Source: Tetramitus jugosus
Taxonomy: Eukaryota; Protista; Heterolobosea
Direction: 5' to 3'
DNA length: 64,000 nucleotides
Assembly: GCA_937625935.1 (NCBI GenBank)
Contig: OW569387.1
Location: forward strand, 186,001 to 250,000
Shown: piece by piece, positions 1 through 10,247 of the stretch
Position numbering within the stretch: position 1 is the stretch's first letter
How the letters are laid out: each line of letters begins with the position of its first letter
Program-made: the position numbers and the translations under genes
Notes under the pieces: generated by a model
Databases searched by the model: none
What the model was told of the DNA's origin: nothing
What the model saw: only the letters and a program-made list of their open reading frames with translations

Positions 1-245
1 AACCGGAACTTGAGGCGGGACTTGTCGGAGTATGAGTACTCAGAAAAACAAATACGTACCAGCATTAAAACCAAACGACCAGTACTCAATGGGTACCCGT
101 ACGTACTGCGCGTATTAATCACAAAAGATCTATCATGTGATCCACAATGTTCTCCAAAACAAACCAACAACTAGTACTCACACTCAAACAACTTGTACTA
201 CCTAACATACCACTGCTACAGTGACATCCACCCGTAAATAACAAC

Positions 246-1253
246 ATGAACCACCAACAACAATACTACAACCAACGAAACATGTTCCTCCCACTTGTGA
301 ATGTCACTATTGGTGACATTGCACTGCCACTCTTCCTTTCACCACCAGCAATGAATGTAAGTCCAATTGTCACAGTACCACCACATCAATTGAATGTGGA
401 TGTAATGATGATAAACGGACCAAGAACCTGGGAAGAAGGTCGATCAATGAGTCAGTTCATGCCAAATCAAATGCAACAGCTGCAACAAGTTCCTGTGACG
501 CAATTCCCAGCTCATCATCATCAGTATCATGAAGGAAGAGATGCGAGAAACTTGACTCACTCAAACTCCTCTTCACCTGCTTGTTCTGATGATGATTCTG
601 AGAAGGGTGACGATGAAAACTCTTCTGAAGCACACAATCTCTGGAATGCACAGCCTTTGGGTCCACAAACAGAACGGAGAACAAGGAAATCAAAGGTCAA
701 GCAAACCAATTGTTATCCTATCATTCCAAGGAATCAAATGGTGGACTCCAACAATGGATTCATTTCGGGAGTGAAGATTGGTACACAAGAACAGAGTGAA
801 GAACAAATGCCAGCTCTGCCTTTTGTTACTCCTGCCCAGGTTGACAGAAATCCAACCTTCCTGTCTCTTACATTGGCAAAAGGCAAAAGATGGGCCACAA
901 TGAGCTCCATTACACTTGAGGTTTTGAAGAACGACAGGAATGGCAGGTTCTGGGAAACATACAGTGTTTGTCAAATTCAAGGTATTGGCTCTATCGATGG
1001 TCCTTTGTTGCTGAACCTGACACCTTTGGGCACCACATTCACACGTCCTTGGTTGAGAGTTAGAGTGATCTGTGATACTTGTGATTTTATCCTTTGCTAC
1101 TTGGGGTATGCCAATGGAGGCAATCGAGTAGAAAGATCAAACAGGTATCTGGCGGACTTGTTTCAAGGTCATGTTCCTCAACATGTGACTCAAGCCATGT
1201 TGCATGAACTGCTAGGCAACTACGAACGTCGTCCACAACCACAACAACAATAA
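246..1253 (+). CDS. Hypothetical protein (Q/P-rich low-complexity N-terminus, ~130-aa globular C-terminal domain)
   Basis: 335-aa ATG-initiated ORF after a CA-rich leader typical of 5'UTRs in this window; no family recognised. Confidence 0.7.
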   Translation: MNHQQQYYNQRNMFLPLVNVTIGDIALPLFLSPPAMNVSPIVTVPPHQLNVDVMMINGPRTWEEGRSMSQFMPNQMQQLQQVPVTQFPAHHHQYHEGRDARNLTHSNSSSPACSDDDSEKGDDENSSEAHNLWNAQPLGPQTERRTRKSKVKQTNCYPIIPRNQMVDSNNGFISGVKIGTQEQSEEQMPALPFVTPAQVDRNPTFLSLTLAKGKRWATMSSITLEVLKNDRNGRFWETYSVCQIQGIGSIDGPLLLNLTPLGTTFTRPWLRVRVICDTCDFILCYLGYANGGNRVERSNRYLADLFQGHVPQHVTQAMLHELLGNYERRPQPQQQ

Positions 1254-1392
1254 ACAATGACAAGAGCTATTGAATATTCATTCGTGGATTTCCCTCTCAA
1301 CTATTGTCAAGAGTTGCGATATGTCGCCTCATTCAGGATACTCCTGAAAATCAACCTTGGAAAACAAAAGTTCACAACAACCCAATCATTCT

Positions 1393-4314
1393 TTATTCTA
1401 TGAGTATTGAGATCGGTTGGTCATCGCAGTGAGGTGACAGTGGTTGAGTTGAGATGTCAGTTGTGGTGTTCGCTTCCTCTGCTTCACCATTGTTGACAAT
1501 TGACATCACTTTCGTGCTCTCGAAATTCCAAACGATTTGATCGACTTGATCAATCATAATCTTCCACAAGTAGTCCAAGAAAAAGTATTCTGAACTGGCA
1601 TCCTCTGAATATGTGTACATTGAGTGTTCCAAAATGAAAAACGGAGAAGCAACGCTATGGATTTGATTGTAGTGCTGCTGTTGCTGCCAGGCCTTGATAC
1701 CAATATCTACAATGTCCATAATCTCTGACACACTCCATATTCGAACTTGTTTCCTACTTGTTCTCTTGTTGTTTGATGATTCACTTGCGTTCTCTTCTTC
1801 GGTTAACAATTGTTGCTGTTCGGCTCGTTCAACTTGCTCAAACTCCTTTAGTTTTCGCTCAAAAAACTCCATAATGATACTCAAATTGTTAGCCAACACG
1901 TTCACAGATGACAACAGCTCCAAATCGACAATGTTCAACTGGTGGAGTCGTTGAGGTATTTGCAACAGATTTTGAACAGTTTTTCGGTTTTGCAACAACT
2001 CGTAAATCAAATTCGGATTCCGCTTCAAGTTGTATGTAATGACAGTGTTCATCGCTTCGAGACACAATTGCAAAAATTGCACGTGCAATCCAATTTCTGT
2101 CGTCAACAGCATGAACATGTTCTGTCCCTCTCCACTCGGTTCATTGTTATCATTAGGAACACTATTCATTTTATCTGCAATGCCATTAATCTTCTTGCTC
2201 AACACTGACACAAACTGAAAGAATTTTTGTGCACATGCCATGTGCATTCCCTCCATGTTGGCACACATGTTATTCAACACGGCCAAGCAATTATCGTTGA
2301 GATACAAGTCCTTTCTTGTTCGAATATTTGACAACATGACTTTGAACATGATCATGCACGTGAGAGAACCTAGACGAATATTGGACAACATGCTCTCATT
2401 GTACCAAGGTACACTCTCCAACATTTGCAAATGATTATTGTAATTAAAGTTGACATCCTGCGACAGAATCAACAAAATTGTACATAGGATAAAAATATGA
2501 TTACTGTCTTCACTTCGATCCTTGTCAGTGATCCTACCACTGACTCCTCGGCCCATATAACCACCACTACTATGGATAGATGATGATGAGTAAGATGAAT
2601 TCATCTTTGACTTTTCCAGAGAATTTTGTCTCAATGTATACAGATGCAACTTGTGCAACAGTGGTATCATGAACGTGTCAGTGTCCGGTCTCGATAACAC
2701 ATAGTTCAAAAATTGCTTATTCGATTGCAATAACAGATAGCACAAGAGTGCATTCTCTCGCTCTTCAAAATCATAAACAATGCACTGGAAAATGACATCA
2801 AAACTGTAGTGAAATTGATTTTGATGATCGAGTTCCATTTGAACTTGTTTGCGCTTCTGTTTCGTGTCCAGTGTCAAGTCATCCGAGTTGCGGAATGACT
2901 CAATGGCACTCAAGAATGGATTCACTCGATTTAGAAGTGAATTCTGTTCTTGTTGCTCACCATCAACATTTCTGTTGTTGTTGTTGTTGTTGGACGAAGC
3001 ATAATGAAGTTGTTTTCGATAAAAACTCAATAGCACCAATAGCATACAACTCCTTCGACCTATAATCTCAGAATAATTCTCATTGGTTTGTTGTCTATAG
3101 GCATTCGCCTCTTGTTCTCTTCGTTTTTCTCTTTCATCAGATGAAATGTTGACAATCAACGAATCACCATCCACACCATCTTGTCCATGTTGTCTCTGTT
3201 CCTCGTTCGTATAGCTCTGGAACCACGACAGGAACGCACTGTACGGTAAATAGAGGATCGCACCCGCTGCGCTGCCCAAAACAGAAAACAAGTTCGAAAT
3301 ACTCCGGTTGAAAGAGCTTTGAATGGAGCGTTGGAGAGAGGAAGGTTGATTGGTCATGAGAAGCTTTCGATGAACAATATAGTGATCCAACAGTCGTCTC
3401 ACGAGCCGTGACATCAACAATCGATGATCCTCCTCCTCACTGTTGTGCATGATACTCTCCAAAAATAGATTTTGTAAACTTTGGTGATACAGCAGAGTGC
3501 TAAAGAGGACCATGAGAATGTGCAATAGCTCTAGATGAACCAAGTAATTACTCGTCGTAGCTTCCATAGCAGTCAAGTAATAAAAAACTGACTTTAAAAA
3601 GGGTCGAATGACCAAGCTTGGTTCAATTTTCACGACTCTTGTTGATTTTTGATTCTTGTCATCATTGTCTTGGATCGAGGTAAAGCAAGATGGTAACGAT
3701 TGAAAATGTTTTTTCAATTCTTCAAAATCTTCTGTTTCTGTAGTTGTTGTTGCATCGTCATTATTTTGCTCTGTTGTTGTTGTTGTTGTACTTGATGAAC
3801 AATGAACAATCAATCGATGAAGAAGTACTCGCAACAATACAAGTGCATTCAACAAGTAAGCTTCTCTCTCCTTTCCATGATTACTATGATTATTTGGAAG
3901 ACCACTTCCATCCATATCACTCGTATGATTCTCTGTTATTGTTGTTGTTGTCATTGTTGCTGCTGTTGCTGCTGCTGCTGTATGATTCATATCTTCATTG
4001 AGCCACGAAACAATCAACAACAATAAACCATTGAGTGATCCACTTTCGGTATTATTCCGAATGAGGTTCAACGAATGTTTTTCCATGCTTTCATCGAGCA
4101 AATAGGGATTAAAGAGTGAGAGTGGAATGTCAGTGGCATGATCAATCAATCTTGTGCTATTGATCAACCGAGACAATTCACTCAGTGGTTTTTTCGCTTT
4201 TTGGTCGTCCCAAAACTCATCGGGGTTATTGATTTCTCCGAATTTTCCGCATAATTGAAGGAGAAAAGAGTTTTGGTGGATGACTTGCTCTGTGCTGGAT
4301 TGTTCGTTTCCCAT
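1393..4314 (-). CDS. DYM: Dymeclin (Dyggve-Melchior-Clausen protein) homolog
   Basis: N-terminal MGNEQSS myristoylation-like motif; DLYLNDNCLAVLNNM, NPNLIYELL and YTYSEDASSEYFFLDYLW match conserved Dymeclin motifs. Confidence 0.88.
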   Translation of the reverse strand: MGNEQSSTEQVIHQNSFLLQLCGKFGEINNPDEFWDDQKAKKPLSELSRLINSTRLIDHATDIPLSLFNPYLLDESMEKHSLNLIRNNTESGSLNGLLLLIVSWLNEDMNHTAAAATAATMTTTTITENHTSDMDGSGLPNNHSNHGKEREAYLLNALVLLRVLLHRLIVHCSSSTTTTTTEQNNDDATTTTETEDFEELKKHFQSLPSCFTSIQDNDDKNQKSTRVVKIEPSLVIRPFLKSVFYYLTAMEATTSNYLVHLELLHILMVLFSTLLYHQSLQNLFLESIMHNSEEEDHRLLMSRLVRRLLDHYIVHRKLLMTNQPSSLQRSIQSSFNRSISNLFSVLGSAAGAILYLPYSAFLSWFQSYTNEEQRQHGQDGVDGDSLIVNISSDEREKRREQEANAYRQQTNENYSEIIGRRSCMLLVLLSFYRKQLHYASSNNNNNNRNVDGEQQEQNSLLNRVNPFLSAIESFRNSDDLTLDTKQKRKQVQMELDHQNQFHYSFDVIFQCIVYDFEERENALLCYLLLQSNKQFLNYVLSRPDTDTFMIPLLHKLHLYTLRQNSLEKSKMNSSYSSSSIHSSGGYMGRGVSGRITDKDRSEDSNHIFILCTILLILSQDVNFNYNNHLQMLESVPWYNESMLSNIRLGSLTCMIMFKVMLSNIRTRKDLYLNDNCLAVLNNMCANMEGMHMACAQKFFQFVSVLSKKINGIADKMNSVPNDNNEPSGEGQNMFMLLTTEIGLHVQFLQLCLEAMNTVITYNLKRNPNLIYELLQNRKTVQNLLQIPQRLHQLNIVDLELLSSVNVLANNLSIIMEFFERKLKEFEQVERAEQQQLLTEEENASESSNNKRTSRKQVRIWSVSEIMDIVDIGIKAWQQQQHYNQIHSVASPFFILEHSMYTYSEDASSEYFFLDYLWKIMIDQVDQIVWNFESTKVMSIVNNGEAEEANTTTDISTQPLSPHCDDQPISILIE

Positions 4315-4635
4315 CTATCTATCGAGATATTGTTGTTGGGTATTGTTGTAGGTGAGATGAATAGGTTGGTGGTAGTTTTGTTGTTCGTTGTGTTTTTTGA
4401 TGTGATTGATTATATGTATGTTTCTTTGGTGGTCGGAGATTTGCATGTGATGGAATGCTCGACAATCATGTCCCCAAAAAACTCAGCATCCACGACGAAC
4501 ACGTGTGAAATTTTGGAAGTGACATAAACAGATGGTGAAGGTTTCAAATTTTGGTGGATGAAAAGTTTAACTTTTCCCTCATTACTTTCGAAAAAAATTC
4601 ATGCTGAGTAATAACTCCCAATGTTTAATGATATT

Positions 4636-5550
4636 CTATAAATAACTCCTCTGATAGCTCAGATGGTAGAGCATGAGACTGTAGATCTCGATTGGGTAGT
4701 GATCGCTGACTCTCCTTGCAAACGTGCTATTCAAATTGAAAGCGGAATCGAACTTGAAGATCTCTACCTTTGTGTTTTCAGGAGTGAAGCTCATGCGATT
4801 AGTAAGAAACCTGTCATAGGCACAATCAGTGCTGGACACAGTGGTGTCCTGTCCCGTGTGAACCAAGAACTTGAATTGAGAGCTATGGATGGTGAACAGA
4901 TTTTCCTCCCAATCAGACTTCTTCATGTAGCTACAATCGGCATTCAAGTCACCCATTAGTAGCCAGCTGTTGGAAATAACACCCTGATACCTCGGTTCTT
5001 TTGCATAGTATTGATAAACATCGTACAGCTTGTTAATCTCTATCGGTGCAACTCCAGGTGAGATGTGAACACCGGATAAAAACCACTTTTGAGCAGAGTT
5101 GGTGGTGCTCTGAATCAAAACACTGAAGGGTGGGCGTTCGAATTGATAGAGTTCGCTTGGATACTGATTGGTATCAACGATGTACACCTTGTAGGGATCA
5201 TAGATGAACCCATACGCTTCCTTAGAGCTCGTTCTACCCAACCTATCGCTCACTACAACCTTATAACGCCTTCCTGTTTTTTTATTGAGTTTGGCAACGA
5301 GAGTGTGTATAGAGTTCCCAGAAGCATCACGAATCTCTTGAACGAGGCAAATGTCATAACGGGACAATATATCTACAAGTACCGCGACTACCGCTGGGTC
5401 AGACATTTTCTTCACACCAAAGACTTGAATGTTGAATGAGCCAACACGCAACTCACCAGTTGAGTGCAACCTGCTTCTGGAAGCTTGTCCAAAGGACACA
5501 ATACAAATTACACCTAGAATGAGAACTAAAACTTGAGCGAGAAGCTTCAT
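4636..5550 (-). CDS. DNASE1: Secreted deoxyribonuclease I family protein
   Basis: Signal peptide; SFNIQVFG, YDICLVQEIRD, LGRTSSKEAYGFIY, FERPP, GVHISP, MGDLNADCSY, DCAYDR and SDHYP motifs; intronless. Confidence 0.95.
   Translation of the reverse strand: MKLLAQVLVLILGVICIVSFGQASRSRLHSTGELRVGSFNIQVFGVKKMSDPAVVAVLVDILSRYDICLVQEIRDASGNSIHTLVAKLNKKTGRRYKVVVSDRLGRTSSKEAYGFIYDPYKVYIVDTNQYPSELYQFERPPFSVLIQSTTNSAQKWFLSGVHISPGVAPIEINKLYDVYQYYAKEPRYQGVISNSWLLMGDLNADCSYMKKSDWEENLFTIHSSQFKFLVHTGQDTTVSSTDCAYDRFLTNRMSFTPENTKVEIFKFDSAFNLNSTFARRVSDHYPIEIYSLMLYHLSYQRSYL
4648..4690 (+). pseudogene. 5' half of tRNA-Tyr(GUA), truncated after the anticodon arm
   Basis: CCTCTGA-TA-GCTC-AGATGGTA-GAGC-A-TGAGA-CT-GTA-GA-TCTCG: acceptor 5' strand starting with C1, U8A9, perfect D-arm (A box), anticodon stem-loop with GTA; no T-arm or 3' acceptor strand follows. 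Confidence 0.85.
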
Positions 5551-5916
5551 CTTTCAATTTGCGTGCAGCCAAACAAACGTCTCAATTTCCAATTCGTAGT
5601 TTTCACAAACTGAAGCGGAGGGTCCTTCTTCCCGCACTTTAGTTTGTAACAGCTCCTTCGCCGACAATAATTATCCCGATGAAGGTGCGTGAAAAAAGTC
5701 AAATAATTCCCTGCTTGGTGAGCCACACATTCTGCTCTCACCCTCGAGAAAAACAACAACCAACAACGCGCTTCACTCCCTGTAAAAAATTGCTTGTTTT
5801 TTTTCGTGATCAACAAGTTCAGGATTGACAAACAAACAACAACAACAACATCCAATCTCCTCTCCCTCATTTAAGTTATTTTCAATCTTCAACAACAACA
5901 AAAAACCAGTGTTTAA

Positions 5917-7686
5917 ATGAGTGTCAGAGAATTTACGCCGTTATTTAGCTGGTATGGGTCACACACCACTCATCATTCTTTTTTTGTGTGAATCACCATC
6001 ATTGACTCGTTGATTTTTTTTGGCGCCATTTTCTATTTTACAACAAAAAAAAACAGGGGTTTCTCCTTGCGCAGAAGCAAATGGTTGATCCCACTGTTCA
6101 ACAACAATGTGTTTAGCTTTGGTCATGCTGCCAACATGACCACTAACACTAGAAGGAGAAATAGACCATCAGGCATGCTCCTCAACACCACACCTCAACA
6201 AAGATTCAAATCATCTGCTGCTGCTGCCTCCACCTCCACAGCTGCTGCTCAAGATTTGTCTGCTGTTCATGCTACAAAGCTTCAACAAGAAGGCTCCACT
6301 CTTCACAACAATAACAACAATCACAACAACGATAGCAACAATCATGATAACAATAGCTCTGCAAATGCAGCAACATCAGTCGATGGACCATGTGCTGACA
6401 TTCGCAAAGTGGATTCTGGACTCAGCTCAGAGTACATTAGTCAATTGAGTGATGGTGAAATTTATGATTTGATTATTCAAGGTCGTTTGGCTCACTATGA
6501 ACTGGAGAATAAATTGTCCAATGACAAGCACAGAGCAGTCAAGATTCGACGCATGTACTTTGCTGGTATGATTGATCCTTCGAGAGACACTCTAGAGCTA
6601 TTGCCACATGACAATTACAATTATGAACAAGTGCATGGTGTTTGCTGTGAGAATGTCATTGGTTACGTTCCGATTCCAGTCGGTGCAGTCGGACCTGTTT
6701 TACTCGACGGAAAAGAGTATTTTGTTCCAATGGCCACTACAGAGGGATGCCTCGTTGCCAGTACACACCGTGGAGCAAAGGCATTGTCCTATGCACTTGA
6801 AGGATCGATTCGGAGTGTTTTGTTCAAGGACGGAATGACTCGTGGGCCTGCTGTTGAGTTGCCAAGTGCCAAGAGAGCAGGAGAACTGAAACTCTGGTTG
6901 GAGAATCCAGAGAATTATGCATCAGTGAAGAAGGCATTTGACGGTACATCCAGATTTGCTCGATTGCAGGAGATCAAGGTTGGAATTGCGGGAAGAAAGG
7001 CATTTTTGAGATTTAGGTGCTCGACAGGTGATGCCATGGGAATGAACATGATTAGCAAGGCCGTGACAGAGGCATTGGCTCACATTTATTCCATTTTCAA
7101 TGACATGAGAGTATTGGGATTGAGTGGCAACTATTGTACAGACAAGAAACCCAGCGCCATCAATTGGATCGATGGAAGAGGAAAGAGTGTCATTTGTGAG
7201 GCCACTATCCCAAAGGAGATTGTAAAGAAGGTATTGAAGACTAGGGTGAGAGATGTTGTAGAGTTGAACATTTCAAAGAATTTGATTGGATCGGCTCTAG
7301 CAGGTAGCATTGGTGGTAACAATGCTCACGCATCCAACATTGTCACTGCCATTTATATTGCATGCGGTCAAGATCCAGCTCAGAACGTTGAATCATCAAA
7401 CTGTATGACTTTGTTTGAGGAAACTGAGAATGGAGACTTGTATATGACGTGCACGATGCCATCCATTGAAGTAGGAACCGTTGGTGGTGGCACAAATCTC
7501 TCTGCTCAATCAGCATGCCTAGAAATGCTTGGCGTCAAGGGATCATCCGAAATACCAGGAGAGAATGCACAAACACTTGCTAGAATTGTTTGTGCTACAG
7601 TCATGGCTGGTGAACTATCTCTCATGAGTGCTATTGCCTCTGGAGACTTGCTCAATGCTCATTTGAAGCACAACAGAAAAAAGTAA
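5917..7686 (+). CDS. HMGR: HMG-CoA reductase (class I) without membrane domain; exons 5917-5951 and 6057-7686 (~554 aa)
   Basis: [50 protein letters not shown] and C-terminal catalytic His (HLKHNRKK); intron GTATGG...ACAG (5952-6056) joins an upstream ATG in frame. Confidence 0.95.
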
Positions 7687-7830
7687 TCTCGTAGATGATT
7701 GCATGTGCATCCATATCTATTTTATAAAATTTTGTCACTACATCAATTCACATTACCACACATAGTTTCAAGTATTTTGAACATGTCTAGCTCAAAGGAC
7801 AGAACAAGCGAATGGTTCTAGGTAACAAGT

Positions 7831-10002
7831 TTATTCTTCATAATCATCAAAGAACTGATCTCCCTCTGATACAAGATCATTTGCGAACGTTTCTGTATCG
7901 ACATCTAAGTTTGCATATCTGTTTCTTCTGTTGACTAGAGGACTCTCATCAAAATCCTCATAATCTTCGAAATTAGGCGCGTCATCAGTCTCTTCATTGC
8001 TCCTTAGAACTGAACTGGGTCGTGGATGGGACAAGTTTTGTTTCCTAGCTCGATGTTTCTTCCAAGTTCTTCCAATTACATTGGCTGCTTGGTCATATGT
8101 TAAATCTTTCTTTTTGTCATCTACTTCATCAAAGGTGTACTCTCGTTTCTTTGGAATAGGTATTTCTTCTTCTTCCTCTGACATTACCTGTTGAAGGAGT
8201 TGCTGATGTTTTGTGGATAGTTGATCCTTTGGTAAGTTTGGACTTGTCTGGGTCTTAAGTGTTTCATTCTCTTTTCTTACTTCTTGGATAACCTCGTTCT
8301 TCTCACCAAGGGTTTTCGTCAGTTCTTGAAGCCGGTTCTCTCGAACTACTTTATCTTGTTCTAGTTGGGCGATCTTATTGGAGAGTTCTTCGATCCGGAT
8401 CTCATTCTGAATCAATCCCTTCTTCTTTTCCTCCTCTAGAGTCACTAGAAGAGCAGAGTTGTCCCTTTCCTTTGTACTCAGCTTTTCACTAAGCTCACTT
8501 TCTCGTTGTTTCATGTTTGATATTAATAGTTTTAAGGACTCTAGCTCCTCATCATTACAAATAGTTAGGGGTTTGAAGGTAGGTGTCTTCTCACTCATAT
8601 CTTGAAGGACTTCTAACTCTCTGTGGAGATTGTCCACTTGTGCAGATAAACTGATATTATCTCTTGTCAGTTTTTCTCTTTCTTGCTTAGTTAATTCTAA
8701 GTCTTGAGATAATCTGCTGACTTCGTCTTTACACTGCGACAGAACGGATAGTTGATTTTGATAGTAGTCTTGTACCTGTTTCATATTAACAACAAGCTCT
8801 CTCAATTTAGAATTTTCTTCTCTGATACGATTCATCTCATCCATCACTCTGTCATGGTTATCCTGAATCGTTTTAGTTTGCTCGACGACCTTCGTTAGTC
8901 TTCGGGATTCAGTGTAATAAGCTTTTAATTCAGTTTCCAACTCTCTCACGCGAGTGTATCTACTATCTCTCTTGATTCTCTCGAACTCCTCGTCTTTCTC
9001 TGCAATAATAAAATCTAAATCTCTAACTTTTTCTTTCAGTCGCTTCACTAGGTTCATCTCTTTGAACATACTTTCAAAGTGAGAGCCCTTTGTTTCAACA
9101 ATTGCATGTGCTCTTAAGAGTTCTTCCACTTGTTTTTGCTTCCGTACGTGTCCTGCTTCGGCTTTTCTCAATTGAGTTTTCAACTTGGTGTTCTCATTCT
9201 TCATTCTGACTATTTCTTCTTTCAACTCCTGCATATCCATGTACATTCCTTCAGGATCTTTTAAGAAGTTTTCCGGTATTTTCCTCAATTTCAACTTCTT
9301 ATTTACTTTAGAGAGATATGACCGAGCCACTTGTTTGGCTGCCAGATGTTCATTTTCGCGAGTCAACACACTATTTGTACTTCTCGAGCTAGAGATTGGG
9401 AAAGTTTGTGGGGGAGGGATTGACGAAACTTTTTTAGGAAAGGCTAGTTTCTGTCTCAAGTAGGAACCATTGTTTCGAGGTTGCGAGGCAGATGATGACC
9501 GTTCTCGAGCGGAATGAGGAGTAGCCGAGGATTCTATAGTTTTTGCACTGGATGGACGAGTAATTGTATTTTGCTGGAATGCTACTCTCCCAGCAGAGCT
9601 AGGTCTGTTTGCTCTCAGGGCAGATGCAGACCGGATCTGATGTTGATATCGCTCCTCCAGCAGTTGTTCCATCTCTTCCTGCGACAAAGGATTCTGATTG
9701 CTGTGATGGGGCATCATATTTTTCCGAGAGTGTACAGAGGTGTCGTTTGTTATGTGAGCACCGGCAGCATTTACTTTACTTGAAGAAGTGGAGTTAAGGG
9801 GTTGCTTCGAGTAGGAATGGTTAATGTGTTGAACCTCAAAATCTAAATCGGCTCCGGATCCAATCCCACCCTGACGATGATACGTCATTTCATCTCCTGA
9901 GTCATTCTCGTCTTCTATTATGGAATCTAGGTCATATTTAGGAGAATAAAGAAAGTGACTCTGGACAGGTATGTTATTGTACTTCGGTAGCGAGTTGTTC
10001 AT
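7831..10002 (-). CDS. IQCE-like coiled-coil protein with C-terminal IQ-like motif
   Basis: PEGMYMDMQELKEEI...LKTQLRK and LKEKVRDL...ELETELKAYYTESRRL resemble the IQCE core; AANVIGRTWKKHRARK is IQ-like; first ATG at 10002. Confidence 0.65.
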   Translation of the reverse strand: MNNSLPKYNNIPVQSHFLYSPKYDLDSIIEDENDSGDEMTYHRQGGIGSGADLDFEVQHINHSYSKQPLNSTSSSKVNAAGAHITNDTSVHSRKNMMPHHSNQNPLSQEEMEQLLEERYQHQIRSASALRANRPSSAGRVAFQQNTITRPSSAKTIESSATPHSARERSSSASQPRNNGSYLRQKLAFPKKVSSIPPPQTFPISSSRSTNSVLTRENEHLAAKQVARSYLSKVNKKLKLRKIPENFLKDPEGMYMDMQELKEEIVRMKNENTKLKTQLRKAEAGHVRKQKQVEELLRAHAIVETKGSHFESMFKEMNLVKRLKEKVRDLDFIIAEKDEEFERIKRDSRYTRVRELETELKAYYTESRRLTKVVEQTKTIQDNHDRVMDEMNRIREENSKLRELVVNMKQVQDYYQNQLSVLSQCKDEVSRLSQDLELTKQEREKLTRDNISLSAQVDNLHRELEVLQDMSEKTPTFKPLTICNDEELESLKLLISNMKQRESELSEKLSTKERDNSALLVTLEEEKKKGLIQNEIRIEELSNKIAQLEQDKVVRENRLQELTKTLGEKNEVIQEVRKENETLKTQTSPNLPKDQLSTKHQQLLQQVMSEEEEEIPIPKKREYTFDEVDDKKKDLTYDQAANVIGRTWKKHRARKQNLSHPRPSSVLRSNEETDDAPNFEDYEDFDESPLVNRRNRYANLDVDTETFANDLVSEGDQFFDDYEE

Positions 10003-10247
10003 TCGTTCTCTTTGCTCTATGCCTCGAGTTGATGTTGGTGGACAATTTTCTCCAGTTAATGAGAGTTTGAAGAGACTGGTCCCCAACAGGGTGTAACTGG
10101 CAGGATATATCCGACCGAGAGCGATAGTGGCGCCAATTTTCTTTTACAGTGTGGCTGAAGGGCGGCTTTCTTTTCGCACGAAGCATCAAATTTCCACACA
10201 CTCAAGTAGCTTGGTAGTAATAGCTGAGCTTTCCAATTTGATTCAAT

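Noticed and set aside
3744-4026. Poly-Cys/poly-Leu ORFs
   Set aside because: Antisense readings of Thr/Ala codon runs in Dymeclin
4685-4750. Possible intron-containing full tRNA-Tyr using TTCAAAT near 4730 as T-loop
   Set aside because: Flanks do not form a T-stem and there is no TCAGAGG acceptor strand; the sequence encodes conserved DNase I residues
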